DNA of 63,981 bases, filler included, from Octopus bimaculoides (lineage: Eukaryota), in NCBI RefSeq assembly GCF_001194135.2. It is 5 parts of 5 records of this genome, joined end to end, with 100 filler letters (N's around TTAATTAATTAA, not from the genome) between each part and the next. Parts side by side here need not be neighbours in the genome. Positions count along the whole stretch, not along the records: positions 1 to 16,005 come from NC_068991.1; positions 16,106 to 29,958 come from NC_068989.1; 3 more parts are not named here. One strand, 5' to 3'. A program made the translations under genes and the position numbers. Below the pieces are notes generated by a model that saw nothing but the letters and a program-made list of their open reading frames with translations, was not told the origin of the DNA and made no database searches. This document shows, piece after piece, positions 11,080 through 22,640 of the stretch (position 1 is the stretch's first letter; each line of letters opens with the position of its first letter).

Positions 11080-13250
11080 ATCATCATCATCATTTAACGC
11101 CTGTTTTCCATGCTGGCATGGGTTGGATGGTTTGACTGAAAACTGCTAAGCTGGGGAGCTGCACCAGGTTCCAATCTGATTTGGCAAGGTTTCTATGGCT
11201 TGATGCCCTTCAAAACGCTAACCACTCTGAAGGTGTAGTGGGTGTTTTTTACGTGCCATTGACCTAACACCGACACTGGACATGACTATGGTCTCACTTG
11301 GCTTGACAAGTCTACACAAGCATGGTATATTGCCAAATGTCTTGGTCACCTGCCACTGCCTCCATGAAGCTCAATACTTGAATGGTGCTTTTTACATGCC
11401 ACCAGCACGGGTGCCAGTCAGGCATCAGCCACAACTATGATTTCACTTGGCTCAACAGATCTTCACAAGCACAGCATACCACTAAATGTTTGAAGGGTGC
11501 TTTTAACAGGCCAGTTACGCATCACTGGCACCGGCTGTGACTACAATCACATTTGGCTTGATGGGTCTTCTCAAGTATGGCATATCACCAAAGGTCTTGG
11601 TCATTTGTCATTGCCTCCATGAGACCTAACATTTGGAGATCACGCTTCCCCACCTCATCTCATGTCTTCCTGTGTATACCTCTTCCACAGGTTCTATCAT
11701 CCATTAGAGTGCAACACTTTTTCACACAGCTGTCCTCATCCATATGCATCACATGATCATACCAGTACAGTCATTTCTCTTGCACACCACATCTGATGCC
11801 TCTTATGCCCAGCTTTTCTCTCAAGACACTTACAATCTGTTGTACATGCACACTAACAGTGAAGCATACTAGTCTCATTTCTTTCAAGCCTATGCATGTC
11901 CTCAGCAGTCACAGCCCATGTTTCACTGCCATATAGCATGGCTGATTGCACACAGGCATCATACAGTCTGCCTTTCACGCTGAGGGAGAGGCCCTTAATT
12001 ACCAGCAGAGGTAGGAGCTCTCTGAACTTTGCCTAGGCTATCGTATTCTAGCAGCTATGCTCTCAAAACATCCACCCCCACTATTGACCTGGTTACCTAG
12101 GCAATGGAAGCTATCGACTACTTCTAATTTTCCACCCCCAGCACATGATGGAATCTATTTTCTGAACATTTTCAGTGTTAATTGTACCTGTGCACCTTCC
12201 ACACACAAAAACTGTTTTCCTTGTTAACCTTCCTCTGATATTGCTGCACCTCTTATGTGTCCATAGCTTACACTGGGTGCCTCTTATGGAGTTTCTACGT
12301 ACGCCTTTTCTACAAATCAAGCAGGGCCATCTACCTGAAGGGATTTGTGATTTGTCTGCTTTCCTACTTACTAAGACTTTGGATTTTGCCAGGTTAACTC
12401 TAAGGCCCTTCAATTCTAGACTTTGCTTCCACACCTGAAACTTCTCTAGTTCTGGTAGTGATTCAGTTATAAGAGCAAGGTTATCAGCATAGAGGAGCTC
12501 CCAGGGACAGCCTGTCTTGAATTCCTCTGTTATTGCCTGGAGGACTATGATGAACAAGAGGGGGCTGAGGACTTATCTTTGGTGAACCCCTACTTGTACT
12601 CTGAATTCTTCACTATACTCGTTGCCAACTCTCACCTTACTGACAGCATCCCTGTATCTATGTACAGATCTCCTCAACCACTTGTCTATCCTTAGTTTCT
12701 GCACTAACCACCAGATAAGGGACCAGGGGACCTTGTCAAAGGCTTTCTCTATGTCAACAAAAGCTAAGTACAGAGGTTTATCTTTGGCTAGGTATTTCTC
12801 CTGCAGCTGTTTTACTAGAAATATAGCATCAGTGGTGCTTCTCCCTGGCATAAAACCAAACTGCATCTCATCTAAACTAACTCTTTCCCTAATTAGTTGG
12901 GCTATGGCCCTCTCCGTAACTTTCATCACTTGAACCAACAATTTGATACCTCTGTAATTATTTCTATCTAAGGCATCATCTTTACCTTTGTAGCAGTTAA
13001 CTACAGTATTGCTACACCAGTCATTGGGTATGACTCCTTCATGTATCACCTGGTTGACTATACAGGTGACTAGACCATAGCCTACACCACCAGATATGTT
13101 AAGCATTTCAGTGAGGATTCCTGATGGGCCGGGTGCTTACCCTGTCTTCATTTCCTTAATTGTTTTATCTACCAAGGTACTGTCAATTCGGATAACTGGT
13201 CCCTCAGTTGGGTCAACATTTAGCAGGCTCTCTTTCTGCCAATTATTCTC
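11080..13250 (-). mobile_element. RTE-clade LINE, 5'-truncated and decayed, in SNRPD2 intron 2 (sense)
   Basis: RT motifs NYRGIKLL, QFGFMPGRSTTDAIF, FVDIEKAFD, GVHQ and LLYADNL, plus the PHD-like Cys/His cluster. 3' tail ends (GAT)n at 11081-11093. Same family as 44317-48189. Confidence 0.92.
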
Positions 13251-13288
13251 TTGGAACACTTAACACACCAGTAAAATAAATCAAACTG

Positions 13289-13700
13289 TACAGGGTGTCC
13301 CAGAAAGATTTACCCATGTTTAAAACTCTTCCTAAAGAATATTGTTTCAAGTAATATTATCTACATATGATTCTAGATATTTTATATTGCGATTTGTGAA
13401 TAGTACTATTATTGGATACAGGTTTTCAGTGGACTGAATACTGGTTTGGTGCATTGCTGGCAGTGAGGGTTACAAAAGAGTATCTGTAACTTGGTGGATT
13501 TCATTTGATGGACAGCATTTTTCTGCCAATATATGAAGATTACATACAAATTTCAGTACAAAACATATATAAGGCTCCTAACAGTTGTTTCAACGTTTTC
13601 TGATTTTGAACTTAAAATGCTTTTTGTGGCTCATCAATATTGAGAATGATTTGATGAATATTGATGCCAATAGGACATGAGTAACAACTAATCATAGTAA
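13289..13700 (+). mobile_element. Tc1/mariner-superfamily end fragment
   Basis: TA followed by CAGGGTGTCCCAGAAAG, a typical Tc1/mariner TIR start. The other end was not found. Confidence 0.45.
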
Positions 13701-14054
13701 TGCACAGGTTCTTCTAATGAACCACTATTGCAATGGTTGCAACTGTTAGAATCCCTAACAAATTGACATTATAACAAATGGGGCCAGGATAAAAAATAGA
13801 CCTGACTCAAGACTCTAAAATAGTTAGAACATCAGTTTGCAGACCTACACCAGAGCCTCTACATAGCTGCTCAGCCTGCTAGAAATAGCAATCAGATATC
13901 TCATAAACCAAATCCTAACATTTTCAAAAAGGATAGGTTGGATAATTCAGTCTGGGGGTACACTGCACTTGAACAAAATATGAGATGGTCACAGCTATAA
14001 CAATGTTGATTGTAGGTCTTTTCAGTCAAAGCTGACTTGTGCTAAACAAGAACA

Positions 14055-14238
14055 TTAAGCCTTTAGCATTCAGATTATCCTATCAAATGTATTGCTTATT
14101 TATTCACATTGTTTTGAATTAATCATGCAGTATCTTGTAGCTTGGAGATTTTTATGAGATTACTGTTAATTTTTAGAATGATATTGTAACGTTGGCATGA
14201 GAGGCTACATGTGGCTGGTTTAAATGCTAAAGGGTTAA
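14055..14238. mobile_element. TTAA-flanked (piggyBac-like) MITE
   Basis: TTAA-GCCTTTAGCATT...AATGCTAAAGGG-TTAA. Related copies at 15265-15470 and 42918-43145. Confidence 0.8.
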
Positions 14239-14270
14239 AATGTTATATAGCAGAAGAAAGAGAGAGTTAC

Positions 14271-14450
14271 CTATCAAATGCCTTGACACGAGCCAATAAC
14301 TTTTTATTGTTTCGGCAGTTGATCAGGACTTGTGTGTTATTCTTGACGGATTGCGTAAGAACAGAGAGTGGACCAGTATTGAATTCTTCTTGTTCACGCT
14401 GAGCCAATTCCTCAGGTGTCATCTCACTTTTGGGTTTCTGAAGCAGGGCA
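14271..14450 (-). CDS. SNRPD2: Sm D2, internal coding exon (180 nt)
   Basis: Translates [60 protein letters not shown](R). Acceptor ttcaatttcctag|T and donor AG|gtaact. This exon is absent from the ORF track; I read it manually. Confidence 0.97.
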
Positions 14451-14534
14451 CTAGGAAATTGAAATAAAACAATAATAGCATAAAATAAAAACCAGGAAAA
14501 GAAAATAGTGAATATGGTGTATAAATGTAAACAA

Positions 14535-15225
14535 ACAAATAAGATGATATTTTTTTGAACACAGAGTTGCTGTTAAAACAGCAGAAATATCGGGTAAATT
14601 ACCCTTACAAGGTGGCAAAATTTGTCAATAACCAGCCATGGGAGTCGAACCTATATCCCTCAGACTCCAGCTGAGTGCTTCACCATTAAGCTAAACTGCC
14701 TGCTGACAAATTCACTGCTGAATTTAGACATTAAATACTTTAGCTTTAAGGAACAACCATGTATATAAATGTAAACAAAGAAATATTTGTTCTTTTAGTA
14801 GAAGCGTCGAAAATGTGTATTCTACAATACATATAAGATGATATTTTTCAAATGCAGAGTTGTGAGAGTAATTTACCCAATATTTCTGCTGTTCTAACAG
14901 CAACTCTGCATTCTAAAAAATATCATCATCTTATTTGTATCATAGAATACATATTTTCGACACTTCTAATAAAAGAACAAATATTTCTTTGTTTACATTT
15001 ATACACACATGGTTGTTCCATAAAGCTTAAGTGTTTAGTGTCTAAATTCAGTGGGCAATTTAGTTTATTGGTATAGCATTCAGTCAAAGTTTTTGAGGGA
15101 AAAAGATTGGAGTCCCATGGCTGGTTGTTGATAAATTTTTCTGCCTTGTAAGGATAATTTACCCAATATTTCTGCAGTTCTAACAGCAATTTTATGTTAA
15201 AAAAAAATATCATCATCTTATTTGT
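14535..15225. repeat. Long imperfect palindrome with tRNA-like segments
   Basis: About 14535-14862 is the reverse complement of about 14900-15225. tRNA-like cloverleaf at 14631-14700 (-) and a degenerate copy at about 15053-15126 (+). Confidence 0.9.
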
Positions 15226-15264
15226 AGAGTGAATATAGTGTAATGTTTGCAGTAGAAATGGAGG

Positions 15265-15470
15265 CTAACCCTTTACCATTCAAATGTAATGCTTACCTAT
15301 TCACTGTTTTGTATTAATCATGCACTCTCGTAGCTTTGGGATTTTGATAATATGACTGTTCATTTTTAGAATGACATTGTGGGGTAGGTGTGAGAGGCTA
15401 GATCTGGCCAGTTTCAACATGAAATAGGTAGAATATTTGGGCCGGATATGGCTGGTTTAAATGCTGTAGG
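15265..15470. mobile_element. TTAA/piggyBac-like MITE, degenerate copy
   Basis: CTAACCCTTTACCATT start; internal sequence matches 14055-14238 and 42918-43145. Confidence 0.7.
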
Positions 15471-15756
15471 TGGCTGTACAATAGTTTTACAAATGCAGAT
15501 TTTAATACAAAACATTGAACATATAATAGAAAAACAATGAAGTTTCAGGTTCAGTCCCATTGTGTGACATTTTGGACAACTGTCGTCTGCTATAGCCCCA
15601 AGATGACTATTATCTTGTGAATGAAACTGGAAAGCAGAAAGTATGTGGATGGAATCCCTTTGTGTGTGTTTTTGTTTATCATTATGTTGACAATGTTTAA
15701 AAAAACCAAGTCTTAATCCAAATACCCTGGCTGTTCAATAAATAGATAAAATAAGT

Positions 15757-15928
15757 AGGCGCAGGAGTGGCTGTGTGGTAAGTAGCTTGCTTACCAACCA
15801 CATGGTTCCGGGTTCAGTCCCACTGCGTGGCATCTTGGGCAAGTGTCTTCTACTATAGCCTCGGGCCGACCAAAGCCTTGTGAGTGGATTTGGTAGACGG
15901 AAACTGAAAGAAGCCCATCGTATATATG

Positions 15929-15959
<31 letters not shown>

Positions 15960-16005
15960 TTGTCCCCCAACATCGCTTGACAACCGATGGTGGTGTGTTT
16001 AGGTC
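15757..16005 (+). mobile_element. tRNA-headed SINE (young copy, 3' end in gap)
   Basis: A-box-like TGGCTGTGTGG, B-box-like GGTTCAGTCCC, CCTTGGGCAAG core and an internal (TA)/(TG) satellite. Confidence 0.9.
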
Positions 16006-16105
16006 NNNNNNNNNNNNNNNNNNNNNNNNNNNNNNNNNNNNNNNNNNNNTTAATTAATTAANNNNNNNNNNNNNNNNNNNNNNNNNNNNNNNNNNNNNNN
16101 NNNNN

Positions 16106-16144
<39 letters not shown>

Positions 16145-16254
16145 GTGGGGGGGGAGATTGACAGAGAGATAGACAGACAAATAAATAGATAGATAGATAG
16201 ATAAATAGATAAATAGACAGACTGACAGACAGACAGATAGACAGATAGATAGAC

Positions 16255-16319
<65 letters not shown>

Positions 16320-16961
16320 TGAAGGAAGGAAGTATATCGGATAAACACGCAATAAAAGTATGTGTGAACAGAAAGAAAAGACAAAAAGTACTAAAAGATG
16401 AAGCACCTGATAACAACTGAGAAACTTGTAAGTCTGAGAATCATTTATAATTCTTGGTAAACTAAAAAATTTAGGAATTTCCCAAAAGAAAATCTGTTTG
16501 TGTAAGCCAATGGCTTAGTAAGTGGGAGATGACGGTGAAGGGTGAACGAGGAAGTGGGGGGGGGGGACGATGACTATTAAAGTTTTATGCTCTGTCATCT
16601 TACAAACGAGTGTGCGATGTGTTTAACAGGTTGTATTCTTTGGTGGACCTAAGCTACTTTTCATTCAATTCGATCAATTTGTTTTGGTCTTTGGCTGCAT
16701 AGTATTGTTAGGAGCATGATGCGTGGCCAAGCGGTTAAGTTGCCATATTCGCACGATCGGAAGATCGTGGTTTCGCTTCTCGGAAGTAGGTGGCGCGTTG
16801 TGTTCTTGAGCAGAACATTTCATTCTACTTTGCACTTCAATCACTTTCACGTGTGGCACAACATGTGCCTGCACAGACAATGTCGATTTGATGAGGGAAG
16901 TGATTTCAAGAACAGTACAATCATTTGATCGATATAAACAATTCATGTGTAGGTCGTCAAG

Positions 16962-17022
16962 CAACAAGTAGTGTACAACAAGTAGTGTACAACAAGTAGT
17001 GTACAACAAGTAGTGTACAACA
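16962..17022. repeat. 14-bp minisatellite (CAACAAGTAGTGTA) x4 plus a partial copy
   Basis: Four identical tandem units read directly. Confidence 0.95.
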
Positions 17023-18149
17023 GGTGGGAAGATGTCACTATGTTTCGGTTAACGATTCTTTTACGATAATGAGTAGACGTAATTGTTAATGGCTACTACC
17101 ATTATGTTACTATCCTACTACACAGTCACTGCTATGCCATCTTCGAATATTTTAACTTTGTAAATTAAAAACTAATTTTTAGCTTAAATTTGTTTTGGTG
17201 ACGGCAAAGGGAATCGATCGTATGTTTTTTGTTGAAAAGTTTTTACCTTTCATTTCCCGAAACCTATTGCGGACCAGGAGTACCACTAAATATTTATTGC
17301 ACAGATTATGTTTAGATTTCTCCCTTTCAGGCTCGAAATGCGCCGCGATGAGGACGTAGTATTCCTTTTAAATGAAATTCTTATGTTTTGCTCCCCGACT
17401 CTGAATGCTCCATTTGCCGCACCGATATTATCTATGTTAGTGTTTTCTATTTCGGATTCATTCTCTTTGCACTGCTGGAGCTTAAAAATATTTTTAAACG
17501 ACAGACAGGAATGATCTTGATCTGGAATGAAAACATCTATATTCAGTCGTAGGTTGTTGATCACTTGATATTTCGTTATTAATACATCAGATCGGTAATT
17601 TTGGTTCTGCTTGAAAAGGTAGCTAACTTTTATATTGATCTATTGATCTTATTAAAGACTATGCTACTTGAGGCAGATTCGGAAATGTTGAATTTCCTTT
17701 TAACTCTTCATTACAGGATGCTTCAACCAAGTAAAATATTATTTTACCACGGGATAGTGCTGACATTCTCCTGCTTCCGTTGTTGACCAGATTTTGTATT
17801 ACTGAAGGCAGGTATTGGTGGGTAGATAGAGTGTCTGTTTATATATATAATTGCGAATTTATATTTTGTTTTCTCTTTTTGTTAATTTTTTTGAACCAAT
17901 CCAACGTTTAGTGTTATACCTAGAAAACTGCGCATCAGTGTATTGGTTGAAGTCCTTGAAAACATTTGTTAATTTTGTCCGTCGTGCTAGCGAATCTACT
18001 ACCTCACCGCTATTTGTTGATAAAAAGAGGGAAAATGCACTTCGCAGAGATCTCATAGAAAGCTAACCCGCACAAACATCCCCCGAGCAAAACTGTAAAA
18101 TTAGGTAAAAAAGAAATAACAAAACTCCAGTCCCCAACTATTATTATGT

Positions 18150-18900
18150 AATCAGTTTAAAAGCAGATATCAACCACCAGTTTACAGATGAAATAGAGTT
18201 CTTTAGTCATTCGTCAAGCTAACATTCTTTTTTAAGCTCAGGAAACCAATTTCGTAGCTGATTCTAACTATGGACGAATTTGATCAAGAGAAACACGAAC
18301 TGAGAGTAGTTAGTAAAATCATTCTTGCGAAACATCAACGACAAAATCCGTCAAGCAGCATATTTAATGCAGTGGGGCAACTTTAAAATTGCCATTGAGC
18401 TGTTTAAAAGAAAATATCACATAAATTCACCCAATTCAACAAACAAAATTTGACTCCTGAATTGGAAAACTCACTTCAAGTATTAAACGCAATCAGCAGA
18501 TTAAAAAAATATGAAAATGCGTCCGAGAATCCCTTCTGTCCTCTGCTGAATGTTAACGAATAGATGAAAATAACGAACGAGTTTTTCGATGTCAGTACGG
18601 ATGCATATAACATGGTTGAGATGACGTAAGCAGGTAAGCCTGATATGTACTGCAAATTCAACCCTTTTGAGTTTGGGCTCTACAGAGATGATGGTCAAAC
18701 AGTTTTTCCATTAATACGTCTAATAAACTAATACAATTAGATTTATTGAAAAACTGCTTTTCTCGCATTTTGCTGGTAAGCTATTGCAGTTACAGCTTTT
18801 CTCTTCAAAGCAGTTTAACTTCAAAGAGAAAAACTTTCAAAAGCGAAGTCTTGGAAAAATCAAATACGTGAACGATTCTTTCGAATCGCTACCGAGCAAT
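18150..18900 (+). mobile_element. Penelope-like RT fragment, decayed
   Basis: Frameshifted KHELRVVSKIIL/RNINDKIRQAAYLMQWGN..IELFK resembles the Penelope KSELGKVSKIIL..IN.KIR...NQW segment. Confidence 0.55.
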
Positions 18901-19013
18901 ATCGTGTGAATCTTCATGAAAAGCACACACACACGCTAGCGCGCGCGAGCGAGTGTGCGCGCGCACATACATACATATAGTTACACACACATATATATAT
19001 ATATATACATACT

Positions 19014-19049
<36 letters not shown>

Positions 19050-19161
19050 NNNNNNNNNNNNNNNNNNNNNNNNNNNNNNNNNNNNNNNNNNNNNNNNNNN
19101 NNNNNNNNNNNNNNNNNNNNNNNNNNNNNNNNNNNNNNNNNNNNNNNNNNNNNNNNNNNNN

Positions 19162-19278
19162 GGGAGAGTCATTCTGTTTTACTGCCTTATAACTTAACAC
19201 ACCGGTAAAATTTCCACTTATTTCTTTTTTATTTTTCTAAAATCTTCGTTGCGTCTTGCAACCTTTTCAATAGTTTTG

Positions 19279-19329
<51 letters not shown>

Positions 19330-19352
19330 CTATAGAATGATATATACGTATA

Positions 19353-19394
<42 letters not shown>

Positions 19395-19637
19395 CATATA
19401 TGTGTGTGTGTGTGTGTGTGTGTATGTACGTATACATGGATGGATGGATAGATGGAGGGAGGGAGGGATTGATGGATTTCTGGATTGATGGATAAATAGA
19501 TATAAGTAAATTTATAGTAGTTTTGAAAAGGTTGCAAGACGCAACGAAAATTTTAGAAAAATATAAAAAGAAATAAACGCAAATTTTACTGGTAAGTGTG
19601 TTAAATTATAAGGCACCAAAAGAGATTGACTCTTCCC
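19162..19637. repeat. ~110-bp inverted repeat enclosing GATA/TA/TG microsatellites
   Basis: 19162-19270 is approximately the reverse complement of 19523-19637 (shared TTCGTTGCGTCTTGCAACCTTTTCAA). Confidence 0.85.
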
Positions 19638-20261
19638 AGACTCAACAGTATATGCTTCAACACATGAACTCACATAATGAATCTTGCGAAACAAATCCAA
19701 AAGCGAAATATATATATATATATATATATATTGATAGATAGATATATAGACAGATAGATAGATACTTACAAATATATATATATATACACATATAAGCATA
19801 TATATGTGCGTGTTTGTATGTGCATGTGTGTGTTCGTATATGTAGGTAGTATTGCGCACGCGCGTGTTTTGTGCACTATGCACGACAGTTAGTTTCAGTG
19901 CAAGCAAAACATTCCTTGTGTTACATTAGATCTTAAGGTAAAAATTAAATGTTGTTATTAAGAAATATCTTATACTTGATCCTTGATGTTTAAAGGGAAA
20001 CAAAGAATTGCTTATAAACACAAAACAATATGGCGTCGTTTTTGCTTTCTTTCTTCAAAGAAATGCGATGTTTGTGAGGCTAACGTGATAAAAACACACG
20101 AATGATATTCTGACTGAGTCACTTCTTTCTATTGTAAGAGTTCTCATTAATACTCAGCATTCGTTGGAGCCAATGAAACTTTCGATAAAATCGGGATTTA
20201 AATGAGAGTTTGTGTGTACGTGTGTGTGTTTGTGTATGTGTGTATTATATATCTATATCTA

Positions 20262-20316
<55 letters not shown>

Positions 20317-21421
20317 ATATATATATANNNNNNNNNNNNNNNNNNNNNNNNNNNNNNNNNNNNNNNNNNNNNNNNNNNNNNNNNNNNNNNNNNNNNNNNN
20401 NNNNNNNNNNNNNNNNNNNNNNNNNNNNNNNNNNNNNNNNNNNNNNNNNNNNNNNNNNNNNNNNNNNNNNNNNNNNNNNNNNNNNNNNNNNNNNNNNNNN
20501 NNNNNNNNNNNNNNNNNNNNNNNNNNNNNNNNNNNNNNNNNNNNNNNNNNNNNNNNNNNNNNNNNNNNNNNNNNNNNNNNNNNNNNNNNNNNNNNNNNNN
20601 NNNNNNNNNNNNNNNNNNNNNNNNNNNNNNNNNNNNNNNNNNNNNNNNNNNNNNNNNNNNNNNNNNNNNNNNNNNNNNNNNNNNNNNNNNNNNNNNNNNN
20701 NNNNNNNNNNNNNNNNNNNNNNNNNNNNNNNNNNNNNNNNNNNNNNNNNNNNNNNNNNNNNNNNNNNNNNNNNNNNNNNNNNNNNNNNNNNNNNNNNNNN
20801 NNNNNNNNNNNNNNNNNNNNNNNNNNNNNNNNNNNNNNNNNNNNNNNNNNNNNNNNNNNNNNNNNNNNNNNNNNNNNNNNNNNNNNNNNNNNNNNNNNNN
20901 NNNNNNNNNNNNNNNNNNNNNNNNNNNNNNNNNNNNNNNNNNNNNNNNNNNNNNNNNNNNNNNNNNNNNNATATATATATATATATATATAATGAGAATT
21001 TACAAGAAAAAACAAAACACGAAGACGGGTATGTAAACAACAAACAGATGTGTTAGTTTAACGATCGGGAAGTGAGAAAGTCTTTTACGTTTCGAGCCTA
21101 CGATCTTCGAGAGAAAGGAACATAGAAATAAATAGGGAAACAAAATAGAAAAAGGTTTAGTGGCTAGCGATCTATCATGGCGAATGCCGGACAGAGGGGT
21201 CACACAGGAGAGCTAGGAAGAAGGTGAATTATTAAAGTAGTGGTGATCCCAAAACGAAGGTTCGTGTACTTGCGTATGTGAGAGCGTGTATGTGCGTGTG
21301 GAAAGTCTACTGGCAACCGTCACGTGAGTGTGTCTGCATGCGTAGGTGTATGGATGGTAGTGTAGGTGCTAGGAAGTGGTCAGTGCTAGTGTGTGCGCTG
21401 ACATACATATACACACATGTA

Positions 21422-21456
<35 letters not shown>

Positions 21457-22071
21457 CTTGTTTCATTTAAGTTTTGCTTTGTAGTTTCACTATATAAATA
21501 TCCAACTTATAAACACGAGCTTTAGCAAAGCAAATTTGAAGATTGAAAAATTATCGATACTGAATATAGCAACGAGAATCCGCCATTTTGATGTTAAAAT
21601 ACGAAAGACCAGTAAACTGTAAACGAACGTAATAACGATTTACGAGACTTTTCTTCTAAAATGTCTTCCGATTCCTTAAGGGGATTTTCGCAACTTAAAA
21701 GACGTGAAACACCGAGCAACCAAACGCAGGAATATCAGCTTTCACCATTGAACCTTATCTATTATAATGTTAACAACCTGAGTAAATCTAATATTGTTTT
21801 ATTAGTTCTAATGTAATAAGATCGTCGGCAACTCGGGTATAAATATCATTCGCAAAATGTCCCACTAAAGGTATAAGGGTCCAATTCTTATTTCATATTA
21901 AAAAGAGTTATCGGTGATATGATTGACCTTCAAAGGGGTATATTTAATGAACATTAATCTCTATGGACCTTAATTGTGGGTGGACATATCTGCACTCTTG
22001 CAATCTACAAATTAAGACCAGCATATGTTTGTGTATATGTTCATACACACTCACGTGCGCGCACGCAAATA

Positions 22072-22156
<85 letters not shown>

Positions 22157-22189
22157 GGAGAGAGAGAGAGAGGATAAGAATATGGAGGA

Positions 22190-22312
22190 AGAGCCATGAT
22201 GATGATGATCATCATCATCATCAACATCACCATCATCATCACCACCACCAAGATCAACATCGTCATCATCACCATCATCATCAACACCACCACCACCATC
22301 ATCATCATCGTT
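22190..22312. repeat. (CAT/CAC)n triplet microsatellite
   Basis: Direct reading; adjacent to (TA)n and (GA)n at 22068-22170. Confidence 0.9.
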
Positions 22313-22545
22313 TAAAATCAGAACGTAAATTCGGAAGAAATGTCATTAGGCACTTTGTCCGGTCTGCTAACGCTTCTTCCAGAACTGCGCCTGAATGATA
22401 ATTAAGATCTGAAATTTTAGGGTAGAAGGTTAATTGATTATATCGACGCCAGTTATTGATTTTATCGATCACGAATGAATGATAGACATAATTGATCCAG
22501 GTGGCATTTGGTCTGAGAACGTAACATCGGAAGAAAGGTTACTGT

Positions 22546-22640
22546 CTTATTTACATTATTTACATTTGACGGATATTTGTCCTCATCTTGTTTGTTGTTA
22601 ACACAACGTTTCGGCTGATATACCCTCCAGCCTTCATCAG
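22546..22640 (-). ncRNA. Hammerhead-ribozyme core in a short Penelope pLTR-type insertion
   Basis: Minus strand CTGATGA-A-GGCTG-(10 nt)-CAGCC-GAAAC-GTT. Flanked by a 10-bp direct repeat AGGTTACTGT (22536-22545, 22639-22648). Confidence 0.7.

Noticed and set aside
14631-14700. Possible tRNA-Ser(GGA) gene
   Set aside because: No long variable arm, mismatched acceptor and T stems, and it lies inside a repeat with a decayed twin. Treated as tRNA-derived.
16050-16061. TTAATTAATTAA palindrome between N runs (also 30003-30014, 53078-53089, 61434-61445)
   Set aside because: The identical 12-mer is always embedded in gaps and has stops in all six frames, so it is a scaffolding linker rather than biology.
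17286-17564. 92-aa minus-strand ORF with a plausible acceptor near 17523
   Set aside because: No recognisable homology or partner exon; cannot be supported without transcript data.
20202-21056. Long ORFs in the track spanning N runs (also about 24.4, 26.2, 38.4, 47.2 and 59.3 kb)
   Set aside because: Open only because N codons contain no stops.
21976-22398. 140-aa ORF with poly-His and RE repeats
   Set aside because: A translation of (TA)n, (GA)n and (CAT)n microsatellites, with no splice or domain support.
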